From NCBI GenBank assembly GCA_964434865.1, contig CAYSWV010000011.1, forward strand, positions 14,611 to 78,610: DNA of 64,000 nt, read 5' to 3'. Positions 1 to 9,604 of this stretch are shown here, one piece after another (the stretch's first letter is position 1; every line of letters begins with the position of its first letter). The notes under the pieces were generated by a model. The model was not told the origin of the DNA, did no database searches, and saw nothing but the letters and a program-made list of their open reading frames with translations. This stretch comes from an uncultured bacterium. Its GTDB lineage: Bacteria; Cyanobacteriota; Cyanobacteriia; Thermostichales; Thermostichaceae. The position numbers and the translations under genes are program-made.

Positions 1-743
1 TCTGTTTCTGGCACTGACTGACTTGTGATCAAAAGATGGCGAGCAGTACCAATCTTGTACTCTACACAGGTGATATTAGGCATGTAAAAGTTGTCAGCAT
101 GCTCAATCTCAGTTCCAGTTGGGTTGAGAAATCGGTGATACCACCCTAAGTTGTCAGTTTCTTGATGGTATTCCACTCGCACAGATCCATTTTGCCGTCT
201 AATGTGCATGGTTAAGGCTTGCTGTCGCTGGGTTCTGAAGACACCGGGATGCACCGATACAGTATGGGGAATGTCAATAAAGTTTTCAGCACAGTTGGTC
301 ACCGAATTATGAAAACGGTTGATCACGCGAATGGTTTGCCAGCCTGGATGACGGTAATAGGGCATCGCAAAGGGAACGATCTCATCTTCTGGGTCTCGGC
401 AGAGTCGGACATACACATACCCATCTTGCTCACATGTGGGGTACGGCTGTATCTTGCGGTTAGGATCAGCTTTAAACGTTGCACCTTCAGCAGGTACGGA
501 TATAACCTCACCCCGAGCATCATAAACCCACCCATGATAGGGACAGTGGAGACAACCTTGTTGGAGTGATCCCTCCGATAAGCGACTGTTGCGATGCAGG
601 CATCGATCTTGTAAAGCTACAGGCTGTCCATCGGCTCCCCGAAAGATCACTAGCCACTCATTTAAGACTTGACGGGCCACTACCGTTTTAGGTTTGAGTT
701 GTTCGCTTAAAGCCACGACATACCAAAAATCCTCAAATTTCAT
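1..743 (-). CDS. Rieske [2Fe-2S] non-haem iron oxygenase, partial (C-terminus lies beyond the left edge)
   Basis: Minus-strand ORF with ATG at 741-743 that runs off the window, so it is absent from the ORF track. My translation begins MKFEDFWYVVALSEQLKPK. Rieske motif CLHRNSRL...CPYHGW. Mononuclear-iron motif ENFIDIPHTVSVH (D-x2-H-x4-H). It starts 8 nt after the ferredoxin gene stop. Confidence 0.8.
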   Translation of the reverse strand, partial: MKFEDFWYVVALSEQLKPKTVVARQVLNEWLVIFRGADGQPVALQDRCLHRNSRLSEGSLQQGCLHCPYHGWVYDARGEVISVPAEGATFKADPNRKIQPYPTCEQDGYVYVRLCRDPEDEIVPFAMPYYRHPGWQTIRVINRFHNSVTNCAENFIDIPHTVSVHPGVFRTQRQQALTMHIRRQNGSVRVEYHQETDNLGWYHRFLNPTGTEIEHADNFYMPNITCVEYKIGTARHLLITSQSVPET

Positions 744-751
744 ACCTGACC

Positions 752-1039
752 TCACACATCAAGGACTTCAATTTGTAAAGGTCCCTTGGGTTTTAACTGA
801 CAGGCCAATCGGGCTTCAGGTTGATGGGGTGCCAAGACATCAAGGACTTCTTGTTCTAGCGTAGAAGCCGGAGCTGCTTTACCCACCACTCGCACTAGAC
901 AAGTGCCACAGATCCCAGTCCGACACCCAAACAACACAGGAGAATTCTCAGCCGTTAGATAATCAGCAAGGGGATGACCGGGGTGCAGTTGAATTGCAGC
1001 AAACGAGGTATTAGGAAACTGGATCTCAACGCCATTCAC
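752..1039 (-). CDS. 2Fe-2S ferredoxin (plant/adrenodoxin-like cysteine pattern)
   Basis: 95 aa. GCRTGICGTCLV gives C-x4-C-x2-C, with a distal Cys in RLACQL. It is embedded between oxygenase genes and overlaps the upstream gene. Confidence 0.75.
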   Translation of the reverse strand: MNGVEIQFPNTSFAAIQLHPGHPLADYLTAENSPVLFGCRTGICGTCLVRVVGKAAPASTLEQEVLDVLAPHQPEARLACQLKPKGPLQIEVLDV

Positions 1040-2192
1040 GAGCTAAGGCCCTCCGGTGCCGCTTTAGAGTAATCTCAATCGAATTACTAGCCATAATGGC
1101 TATGTCTCGATTGCTAGGCCAAAGATAACCGATCTGATCTAGATACGCTTGGTAAGACGCAACAGCCTCTCGATGTGTGGCAAAACTTAGATGTAAGCCT
1201 TCAGTTTCTTCAGCAAAGCAGGCCCAGATCAGTTGCTTCGCTTCACGGTCATCCAGATTGAAAACAGGTGATCGTAAGACTTTAAAAATAGCAGGAACTA
1301 GAGCTGGATCAAACCAAAAAATACCATTGATGGCAGCAGAAAAATAGTAGTGATCCAACTGGCAGCCTCGGATCCCCAAGTTGGCTATCCAAGTTTCCCA
1401 AGCCGTTGGGGGTTTCAAACACCGTACCACCTCTTGGCCAATCAGCGTTGAACTGGTGAAGTGAAAGCTTTCATCTAAGTAATGGTAGTGTGAAATTTGG
1501 CTGGGAATGGGAGCCTGATCAGATGGACAGTAGCGGCTGAGTTTGTACTGGATCAGTTTGCCATTCAGAGTGCGGAGACCTCGGACCGTGAAGTACTGGC
1601 AAGCTAAATAGGGGTTGTCAGCTGAGATGAGGCCAAAGGCGTGCAGTTGCAACTTTTTCCAGAAGGTTTTCAACTGATTTGTATCAGCAAAGATCATGGT
1701 TTCAGTAAACGGACCTCGCATCGCATACGTGAAGATCCGCTCGCCAAATAAAGCTTGTTCAACTGCTGTAGTGATGGTCTTAAATGCATAGATATGAGAG
1801 CGCTCCTGAGTTGACTCTAGATCTAGCATGTCACAAATCAAACGAAAGTCCTCTAGCGCAAATAAGCCAGCGGCGCTGGTTTGATTAAACAGAATCGTGG
1901 CAATCTCAGCTGAAATAATTTGAGTGTAGTAGGCCACCCAATAAAGCTGATTTAAAATCACCCGTTGATGGACACTGGCCTGATCCCACAGAGGGGTCCC
2001 GTAGAGCAATGAAAACTCCTCAGGGTTCCAGTAGTCATGTTGGCAGTCTTGATAGTTAAACTGAGCCACTAACTGATCTAAGTGATCAGACTGATCTTGC
2101 TGCTGATTGCGAGTGTAGTTAAGTTGCAAGCGACGCAGGAGTTTTTGATCGTCTGCCAGTGGAGATTGAAGTGAAGGTGAAGGTGTCAACAT
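1026..2192 (-). CDS. Diiron-carboxylate oxygenase, AurF/CmlI-like family (tentative)
   Basis: Two ExxH motifs (STQERSH, LDESFHF) plus additional Glu-containing helices. ATG at 2192 (MLTPSPS) is preferred over the track's GTG at 2213 because it sits 2 nt after the upstream stop. Confidence 0.5.
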   Translation of the reverse strand: MLTPSPSLQSPLADDQKLLRRLQLNYTRNQQQDQSDHLDQLVAQFNYQDCQHDYWNPEEFSLLYGTPLWDQASVHQRVILNQLYWVAYYTQIISAEIATILFNQTSAAGLFALEDFRLICDMLDLESTQERSHIYAFKTITTAVEQALFGERIFTYAMRGPFTETMIFADTNQLKTFWKKLQLHAFGLISADNPYLACQYFTVRGLRTLNGKLIQYKLSRYCPSDQAPIPSQISHYHYLDESFHFTSSTLIGQEVVRCLKPPTAWETWIANLGIRGCQLDHYYFSAAINGIFWFDPALVPAIFKVLRSPVFNLDDREAKQLIWACFAEETEGLHLSFATHREAVASYQAYLDQIGYLWPSNRDIAIMASNSIEITLKRHRRALAREWR

Positions 2193-2194
2193 AG

Positions 2195-3127
2195 TTAAGC
2201 GCACATAGCACACTGTTCAGGTGTATAAGGTTGAAAATAGCCTTTAGCTTCAAGGGTTTCCAGGATAGTAGTTGATGGAGTTGCCGCTTTTAAGGCTCGG
2301 GCCAGCAGTCCTCGGAGCATTGCCAATCGAGAACCACTGTGGGCTTCAGTATTCAATTCGGTGAAGATAGTGATCTTATCGGTGGCAGAAAGGTAGCCTT
2401 TAACCTGTTCGAGGGCTGAGACCACTTGTTGAGGACCCACTTGAATCATCCCTAAAAAGCGAGTCAGAACCGCCAACAGTACTGGAGTAGACGCCTCCAA
2501 GTTAGGAAGTGCCTGAAATGAGACTATCCCGGTAGCATGATGTTGAGCTTCGTCAGCTAAAAAGCCTTGATAAATAGCTGCCACATGGGGATCCTGGCAC
2601 GCTTGGGCCAAGCTACGATAGTGACTTAAACCCCACCCTTCCAGCACCACCTGGACTAGCAACAGCAGCACAGCTTTATCATTACAGTCAGCCAGATTAG
2701 CCAAAAATTGCAAAAAAGGAAGCCCAGCCAAGTCAGATTCAGGGGCCTCAACTAAACTCGATATCTGAGCTAAGTGAGTCGCCTCCTGAGCTGAAAACAA
2801 CGCATACAACATCCGCTCTTCAATAGAATGAGCTAACAAGATCATCTTGGCTGTATAGCCGACACCAATTTTCTCAACCCCATACGTCTCAAGCAATAAA
2901 TGATGATTGAGGTGTTGTAAAACAAACTGTTGCTCTGCAGGACTAGCCCTGCGAAAAATCTCGACTTGATCTAAACCATAGAAGTCAGGCTGCCACAAGG
3001 TAGCGAGGGTCTCATGGGGTAAAGGAGCAGGTAAAGACTGAGGTAGAGTCGCGTTTAAAATACGATAGCGTCGATCAGAAGATGGCAGGTGAGGTAGAGC
3101 TAAGCCAGCAATTGTAGATTTAGCCAT
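2195..3127 (-). CDS. Ferritin-like diiron-carboxylate protein (unknown oxygenase/hydroxylase)
   Basis: E...ExxH occurs twice: LLETYGVEK...SAQEATH and VLEGWG...LADEAQHH. Start chosen at MAKSTIAG (ATG 3125-3127), which overlaps the upstream Rieske gene stop by 8 nt. The longer track ORF to 3286 would overlap by 167 nt. Confidence 0.5.
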   Translation of the reverse strand: MAKSTIAGLALPHLPSSDRRYRILNATLPQSLPAPLPHETLATLWQPDFYGLDQVEIFRRASPAEQQFVLQHLNHHLLLETYGVEKIGVGYTAKMILLAHSIEERMLYALFSAQEATHLAQISSLVEAPESDLAGLPFLQFLANLADCNDKAVLLLLVQVVLEGWGLSHYRSLAQACQDPHVAAIYQGFLADEAQHHATGIVSFQALPNLEASTPVLLAVLTRFLGMIQVGPQQVVSALEQVKGYLSATDKITIFTELNTEAHSGSRLAMLRGLLARALKAATPSTTILETLEAKGYFQPYTPEQCAMCA

Positions 3128-4157
3128 GATCAGATGCTCCTGTTTGAATCGGTTGCCATGATCCCCACTCCAGAGCTTGTTGGCGTTCCACATGCTGAAT
3201 AAACTGCAGAATTGACCGGTCAGCCTGAATGGGCGTTTGAAGTGTAAATCGAATGGTTTGAAAAACCTGGGTATCGCCTTTGGCAAAGTACTGCCCCACT
3301 TGTTGAGTCAGACCTAAGATCAAGCGGTTCAAGATCCAGCCTAAAGGACCGGGTCGGCGAGGGGTCAGGGCTAAAGTTTGGCCTTCAGTGCCTCCGTTTT
3401 CAAGCATTTTAAGCGCAAACACTAGATAGAAATGCAAGCGATCGGGGCCTAAGGTCACAGTACCCGTTGTGCCAAAGGAGTAGCTCAGATTGTAAGTAAT
3501 GACATCCTGATATAAAGGCCGCAGCAGCTTCACCAACCAAAACTCATCATCACCGCGAGTGGTGTTATGAAATTGGATAGTGTGTTGATTGATCTCTTGC
3601 TTCTGAAAGCTGATTTGAACCGGCAAATTATGAACAGTATTAAAATGTTGCTCATCAATGGCATTGATCATTAGCACATTAGGATGACATTTTTTCACAA
3701 ACCGGGGGCCTAAGACCACATCAACTTCAACACCCGCTAGTTCAGGTACCACCGGCAGATCAGCAGAGGGATCAGATCCTGTCCAAACCCAGATCAGACC
3801 ATAGTGCTCAACCGTTGGCCAGGTTGCAATCGAAACAGGTAGGGGATCACTTAGGCAAGGAATAGTTTGACAACGACCCGATCGATCAAATTGCCAACCA
3901 TGAAAGAAACACTCGACGCTATCCCCTTTGACTTTACCCTCAGCTAAATGAGCACCCATATGGGGACAATAGGCATCTAGAGTCCCCACTTGTCCAGCTT
4001 GAGTCCGGTAGGTGACTAGCTCTCGCCCCAATAAAGAAACAGCCTTGATCTGACCTGGCCGTAACTCCCGAGCCGGCATGATCCAATACCAGCCCTGGGT
4101 AAAATGTTCAGCTCGATTAAAGAGTAGGGGTTGGTGGCTTGAACCAACGACTTGCAT
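3120..4157 (-). CDS. Rieske [2Fe-2S] non-haem iron oxygenase
   Basis: 345 aa. Rieske motif CPHMGAHL...CFFHGW. Catalytic iron motif NAIDEQHFNTVH (D-x2-H-x4-H). Confidence 0.8.
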   Translation of the reverse strand: MQVVGSSHQPLLFNRAEHFTQGWYWIMPARELRPGQIKAVSLLGRELVTYRTQAGQVGTLDAYCPHMGAHLAEGKVKGDSVECFFHGWQFDRSGRCQTIPCLSDPLPVSIATWPTVEHYGLIWVWTGSDPSADLPVVPELAGVEVDVVLGPRFVKKCHPNVLMINAIDEQHFNTVHNLPVQISFQKQEINQHTIQFHNTTRGDDEFWLVKLLRPLYQDVITYNLSYSFGTTGTVTLGPDRLHFYLVFALKMLENGGTEGQTLALTPRRPGPLGWILNRLILGLTQQVGQYFAKGDTQVFQTIRFTLQTPIQADRSILQFIQHVERQQALEWGSWQPIQTGASDHG

Positions 4158-4174
4158 GGATACGATACCTCTTG

Positions 4175-4924
4175 CTAACTCACCAAACTCAGATTTGATT
4201 CGATAGTAACTTCAAAATGAGGAGCTGTTGACCAGATGCGCTGGCCCGCTCGAGTCAAATTGGCTTCCGAAAATTCAGCTAGACAAACCAATTCATCACC
4301 TTGAGCATGGCTAGGGTTGATCTGCTCGAAAAAGTGAATGTGGGGATCGTGCTGTCGAGTCTCAGGTACACCGGCTAGATGTTCCCGTAAAGCGTGGGGT
4401 TGAGCTAGCCGCACTACGCCATGTTCAGGATCATATAGGGGGCCAAAGCGTTCAATCGCTAGGTGATCCATCAGGGCTTGCATAAAGGGTGGCGTGGGTT
4501 GGTCAAAGCAAGGATAAAAGTGTCGACTAAAGGTTGATAGAAACCGATAGGTGCGAAACCCAGATGAGATTAGAAACCAATAGACTTTTTGTTGGCTAGA
4601 CTGGCGGTGTAGCGAGCGAATGGCTCCAATCCAAGCTTTAGCTAGAATAGGACTTGACCAGGCACTGGGATCTACAATCGTATCCCCTGAAAAGATAATA
4701 TGTAAGGTCTCACCCTGAAATATTGTTGGATAAGATACTAATGTCGAAAATCCTTTTAAGTTTTGTGAAGCTGGATCTCTGAGAATCAATGCATGGCTTT
4801 TTTCAGCTAGATCTCGAGCAAACACAAAGGGATCCACCCCATAAAAATGACGATCAAGTAAATTAAACATCTCTACTCGATCAGACCGAGTCAGTTGGTG
4901 AGTTGAAATACAGTCAACTAGCAT
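4175..4924 (-). CDS. Conserved hypothetical protein, first gene of the oxygenase operon (possibly an acyltransferase-like fold; unverified)
   Basis: 249-aa ORF with no TM segments, sitting 18 nt upstream of the Rieske gene. I could not identify any diagnostic motif. Confidence 0.4.
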   Translation of the reverse strand: MLVDCISTHQLTRSDRVEMFNLLDRHFYGVDPFVFARDLAEKSHALILRDPASQNLKGFSTLVSYPTIFQGETLHIIFSGDTIVDPSAWSSPILAKAWIGAIRSLHRQSSQQKVYWFLISSGFRTYRFLSTFSRHFYPCFDQPTPPFMQALMDHLAIERFGPLYDPEHGVVRLAQPHALREHLAGVPETRQHDPHIHFFEQINPSHAQGDELVCLAEFSEANLTRAGQRIWSTAPHFEVTIESNLSLVS

Positions 4925-5393
4925 GACAAGTTATGTCCCTAACGATACAGGCACGGTTGAGCTTAGATCTGGTAGCGGGAAAACTCAGCTATGAGATCTG
5001 TCTATAGCCACCCAGTTTGCCAGTAGGACTGATGGGATAACAAGGAGAGCCAGTGAGGTCAGCGTAAGATGGAGAAGGAACCTGAAGTAGGGTGAAGCAA
5101 ACGTAGCTAGTGAGATCATCCTCCAACCTGGAGTGGTTAGTCAGTCAGGCGTTGACTTTGAGTTGACTTTGAAATCAAATCTCATGTTCAAGCTAAGCTA
5201 GGTGGGTCCATCCACGCTTAAGAATCTACGCTTAAGAATAGACTACAGGCAGACCCGCTACAGGACATGAGCTTGAGATTTCAACGGTATTAACCGATCT
5301 TAGGTTGCAGAATCAAGGGTTGTTGCTATCTTGATAAGGGTCTAATGACTATGAGTATGGTCTTATGATACTAGGTGCAACCTGGAGTGAGAC

Positions 5394-6398
5394 ATGTTGA
5401 CCTATCGTGACGAGATCCAAGTTTCGATTGTTTTACCGTGTTACAACGAAGCTGATAATCTTGACTACCTGTTTGAACGGCTAAGTCGGGTGTTGGATAG
5501 CTTGCAGTTGAAATATGAAATCGTCTGTGTCAATGATGGCAGTCGGGATGCAACCCTTCCTCGCTTGATCAGTTATCATCATCAAAATCCTGCGATTAAA
5601 GTTGTCAATCTGGCCCGCAATTTTGGCAAAGAGATCGCCCTGACTGCTGGGATCGATTTTTCGCAAGGGGCGGCTGTGATTCCGATTGATGCTGACCTGC
5701 AAGATCCACCTGAGTTAATTCCTGAGATGTTGGCTAAATGGCATGATGGGTATGATGTGGTTTATGCGGTGCGCCGAAGTCGACAGGGAGAAGGATGGAT
5801 TAAGAAGACCACAGCCCTTTTGTTTTATCGTTTAATCTCTCGCTTAAGCCAGGTCCCCATACCGCAAAATACTGGAGATTTTCGGTTAATGGATCGGCAA
5901 GTGGTCAATGCCATTCGCCAAATGCGAGAGCGAACCCGATTTATGAAAGGAATCTTTGCTTGGGTCGGCTATAACCAAACAGCTATTTACTATGATCGGT
6001 CCCCTCGTTATCAGGGCCAGACCAAATGGAACTACTGGAAGCTTTGGAACTTGGCGGTTGAGGGCATCACCTCCTTTAGCTCTTTGCCCCTCCGGATCTG
6101 GAGTTATGTGGGCTTAAGCCTATCAGGATTAGCTTTTTTGTATGGGTGTTTCCTGATTGCTCGTACCCTGATTTATGGCGTCGATGTTCCGGGCTATGCT
6201 TCAGCATTGGTAATTGCCCTGTTTATGGGGGGGATTCAACTCATGAGTCTGGGCATTATTGGCGAGTATATTGGCCGCATTTTTGAAGAAGTGAAAGAAC
6301 GTCCTTTATATTTAGTACGAGATTGCTACGGGTTTGATGATCCGGTCGGTCAAAAACGCTTAGAAGCAGGCCAATGGTATGGCAGGCCTTTGATCTAG
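5394..6398 (+). CDS. GT2 polyprenyl-phosphate glycosyltransferase (GtrB/ArnC/DPM1-like)
   Basis: VSIVLPCYNEADNL, IPIDADLQDPPE, and two C-terminal TM helices. This is the typical architecture. Confidence 0.85.
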   Translation: MLTYRDEIQVSIVLPCYNEADNLDYLFERLSRVLDSLQLKYEIVCVNDGSRDATLPRLISYHHQNPAIKVVNLARNFGKEIALTAGIDFSQGAAVIPIDADLQDPPELIPEMLAKWHDGYDVVYAVRRSRQGEGWIKKTTALLFYRLISRLSQVPIPQNTGDFRLMDRQVVNAIRQMRERTRFMKGIFAWVGYNQTAIYYDRSPRYQGQTKWNYWKLWNLAVEGITSFSSLPLRIWSYVGLSLSGLAFLYGCFLIARTLIYGVDVPGYASALVIALFMGGIQLMSLGIIGEYIGRIFEEVKERPLYLVRDCYGFDDPVGQKRLEAGQWYGRPLI

Positions 6399-6425
6399 CA
6401 ATAACCATCTCTGTCTATTTCAATC

Positions 6426-8324
6426 GTGAGTCCTTGGGGTTATGCACACGTGAGTCAACCACAGAAGCTTTCATTACCTGTTAACTGGCTGATCAGATTG
6501 AGCTTGCTCTTGCTAGGCCTGGCCGTGATCGGTTGGGTCCTTAAACCTATGCTCGAAATCAGCTACCCCATGACCCACTCCACCCAGTTCAATTTAAGCT
6601 GGGGATTTCAGTATCAACGCCAATTTTTCCAAGGCCAGTTTTACCCCAGATGGCTGGAATTTTCAAATTTTGGGTTTGGGAATGCTACTTTTGCTTTTTA
6701 CCCGCCACTATGTATGGTGGCCACACTACCCTTTAAGGCTCTGGGCTTGGGATTGAATGATTCGCTTGTTGCCAGTATGGGTTTAGCCGTGGGATGTTTA
6801 GGTTTGGGCATCTGGCTCTATGCTCGCTGCTTTTTTCCGATAGGGATCGCCGCAGGGGTCGCCGGGCTGGGCATGGTTGGGCCTTATTTTTTGGTGGATG
6901 TCTATCAACGAGGTGCCATAGGTGAAGCTTGGGCTATTGCAGTAGTCCCGTGGATTTGGTGGGGCTCTCAGCTGGTGGTGATCTATCAGCAACGAGTTTG
7001 GCCCATCATGGTTTTAGCCCTTGCCTACGGCCTGTTGGTTCTGTCTCACTTACCTACCCTACTGTTATTTACGTTAGCCTGGATACCCTTTCCCTGGATC
7101 ATGGCTCCATCAGGCTCACGATGGAGTACGGTCCGACGTTGCTATACCGGGGCCGCTTTGGCCTTTGGCTGGACCGCTTTTTTTCTGTGGCCCGCTACCG
7201 TTGATCAAATCTTTGTCCAAATTGGATCGGTTAATGCCCTAACAGAGTATGTTCCTCAAAATCGACTGATGATTCAAGGGCTATTACAACTACAACCCGA
7301 AATCACAACACACTGGTTTGAAACCGATCTAATTGGGCCCTGGTGGGTGATGGTGGGGATCATTGGTATAGGCGGTTTGGTTGTGAGTAGTGTATGGCTC
7401 AAATCCCACTTTTCAAAGATAGCCTTAGATCAAACTCATTATTCACAAGTGCTTCATCAAGCGGCTTTCTACTGGTGTATCACTGGCTTGATCACATTGT
7501 TGATGATGACTGATATTTTAAGCTGGATCTATGCGTTATCGACTACATTGAGGCGGATTCAGTTTTCTTGGCGCTGGATGGGAATCACAACTCTGCTGGT
7601 CCCTCTAATCTGGGGCTATCTCCTCTACATGGCCAGGTTAATGATACCTAAAGGCAACCGTTGGCTCCCTATCAGTATCAGCCTTGTGAGTTTAACGATT
7701 CTCAGTCTGGGGATCACAGGATGGCACGCCACTCAGGTTTTAGATCGAGCCACCTTTAATATTAGAGATATTCAACTATTTGAAGCTCTAGCGGATCAAA
7801 AGCAGTTTCCTTATGAACCCGAACAACGCCCGGGGCGCAGCTTTATTCACTGGCACTGGATCTTTCCTGATGGGCTAGCCTTGGTGGATGTGCCTGAGTA
7901 TCGTGCTGATGGGGTAACCAAGCCAATGCCGCCGCCAACCGTAACGCCTCTGCTGCAGTGGCAGCCTGATTCTGAGTTTCCCCTGGAGATCCTGGCCTGG
8001 GATTTTGGGCGCCGGCGATTTGTGGCAACTAATCCCTCAGACTCTGATCAAAGAGTGGTACTTAGAACCTTTTATTATCCAGCCTGGCGCACCCAACTTG
8101 ATCGGCACTTTCAACCCACAGAAAAGACAGCAGACGGTCAATTAGCCGTAACCATTCCCCCAGGAAAACACGATGTAACCGTAACCTACCTAGGTACACC
8201 CATGGATTGGCTAGGTCGAGTGGGAACAGGGGGAACTCTATTAGGTAGCCTGATTTGGTTACTTGTGACCCAGAAATCATTAGCTAAAAGCACAGTTCAG
8301 ACTAGTGATTCGGGATCCTCATAG
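6426..8324 (+). CDS. Large polytopic membrane protein, GT-C/ArnT-like glycosyltransferase candidate
   Basis: 632 aa with a GTG start. More than 10 hydrophobic segments in the first ~430 aa, followed by a soluble C-terminal domain. YPRW...FAFYPPL motif near the N-terminus. It directly follows the polyprenyl-P sugar synthase gene. Confidence 0.5.
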   Translation: MSPWGYAHVSQPQKLSLPVNWLIRLSLLLLGLAVIGWVLKPMLEISYPMTHSTQFNLSWGFQYQRQFFQGQFYPRWLEFSNFGFGNATFAFYPPLCMVATLPFKALGLGLNDSLVASMGLAVGCLGLGIWLYARCFFPIGIAAGVAGLGMVGPYFLVDVYQRGAIGEAWAIAVVPWIWWGSQLVVIYQQRVWPIMVLALAYGLLVLSHLPTLLLFTLAWIPFPWIMAPSGSRWSTVRRCYTGAALAFGWTAFFLWPATVDQIFVQIGSVNALTEYVPQNRLMIQGLLQLQPEITTHWFETDLIGPWWVMVGIIGIGGLVVSSVWLKSHFSKIALDQTHYSQVLHQAAFYWCITGLITLLMMTDILSWIYALSTTLRRIQFSWRWMGITTLLVPLIWGYLLYMARLMIPKGNRWLPISISLVSLTILSLGITGWHATQVLDRATFNIRDIQLFEALADQKQFPYEPEQRPGRSFIHWHWIFPDGLALVDVPEYRADGVTKPMPPPTVTPLLQWQPDSEFPLEILAWDFGRRRFVATNPSDSDQRVVLRTFYYPAWRTQLDRHFQPTEKTADGQLAVTIPPGKHDVTVTYLGTPMDWLGRVGTGGTLLGSLIWLLVTQKSLAKSTVQTSDSGSS

Positions 8325-8503
8325 CTGTATAATTAAATACAAGTCTTGCGGAAACCTTACTAGATCAGCCCTAGTCTTAGGACAAACGATGCACTATGTC
8401 TTATAGAATAAGGCTTCTAAGTCTAGTCAAGAGTCCGAGGCGTTTAAAGTCTTTAACTGAGCTAGTAGTTTCTAATTCGTTCTGTTTTCCTAGGAGTATC
8501 AAC

Positions 8504-9547
8504 ATGAGTATGACCCGTCGCCAGATAATAATCGCTACCTTATCTTCAATTCTACTCGGCTTGGGTGGAATCTGGGCTGGACACAAGCTACTCTCTAAAC
8601 ACCAGGTAGTGGCCCAAGCTCAAGAGCCTTTATCTGGAACGATGACACTTTATACCTCTGATCCAGATAGTATTATTAACCAAGTAATCAATGATTTTAA
8701 TGAAGTCCATCCTGAAATCAAGGTTAATATTTTTCGTTCAGGTGGAACTGAAGTCGTTTCAAAACTCCAGGCTGAAGCCCAGGCGGGTCAAATTCAAGCT
8801 GATGCCATCATGGTGGCGGATGGGGCTTACATTCAAGAAATGATCGAGAACGATGCGTTGCTGTCTTATCGACCCGAAAACGCAGATAAGGTGCCCGATA
8901 TTTACCACTACGGCGATGATCAGGCTCATGAGGTCCGTCTAACGTTTGTGGTGATTGCTTACAACACGTTACAAGTCCAAACGCCACCTCAAGGATATGC
9001 TAATTTGCTGGATCCCCAGTACCGGGGCCGAATTGCTTCGACTAATCCTTTATTTAACGGTACTGCCTTTTCGCAAATGGGAACTTTTGTTAGTAAGGAT
9101 GAGTTTGGGTGGGATTTCTTTGAGAACCTAGAAGCTAATGATGTGAAATTTGAGCAAGGTAACACCGGCTTAGCGGCTAAGGTTGCTAATGGGGATTATG
9201 CACTAGCTAGTACGGTTGATATTGTTGTTCGATCACTGATCCGGGAAGGATCACCGATTCGGTATGTGTGGCCCCAAGAAGGAACACTGCAGATTCAAAC
9301 GCCTTTTGCCATTTTGAAGGATAGTCCGAATGTAGAGCTTGCTAAAACCTTATTGGATTATCTGTATTCTGATCGAGCTCAGAATCTCTACCTAGATTTG
9401 GGATTTGTATCGCCCCGTGAGGATCTGCCAAAGCCTGATGATGAGGCCTTGGGTGAGATCAATGTCATTCAGGTTGACAATGACTATATTAAATTGAATC
9501 GAGAAGCCTTACGAGAGGGGTTTACACAACGCTTTGGTGGGGCTTAA
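8504..9547 (+). CDS. ABC importer substrate-binding protein (Fe3+/family-1 type)
   Basis: Start chosen at MSMTRRQIIIATL (twin-arginine-like signal). It is the first gene of an SBP-permease-ATPase operon. Confidence 0.7.
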   Translation: MSMTRRQIIIATLSSILLGLGGIWAGHKLLSKHQVVAQAQEPLSGTMTLYTSDPDSIINQVINDFNEVHPEIKVNIFRSGGTEVVSKLQAEAQAGQIQADAIMVADGAYIQEMIENDALLSYRPENADKVPDIYHYGDDQAHEVRLTFVVIAYNTLQVQTPPQGYANLLDPQYRGRIASTNPLFNGTAFSQMGTFVSKDEFGWDFFENLEANDVKFEQGNTGLAAKVANGDYALASTVDIVVRSLIREGSPIRYVWPQEGTLQIQTPFAILKDSPNVELAKTLLDYLYSDRAQNLYLDLGFVSPREDLPKPDDEALGEINVIQVDNDYIKLNREALREGFTQRFGGA

Positions 9548-9604
9548 TCTGAGCACCATCTCCTGAAATTGATCTTAATCTCTTAAAAAGAACAAGGATT
9601 TGTA

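Noticed and set aside
219-569. Track ORFs 219..569 (+) and 323..535 (-)
   Set aside because: Both lie inside the much longer minus-strand Rieske oxygenase frame that runs off the left edge. 323..535 is merely an internal Met of that frame and 219..569 is an antisense shadow.
2195-3286. Longer N-terminal extensions offered by the ORF track (also 8396, 11284, 22999, 30161, 34746, 48612, 17845, 45319, 46631)
   Set aside because: The extensions overlap upstream genes or add non-homologous residues ahead of canonical N-termini. Internal ATGs give tight operon junctions or match known family N-termini.
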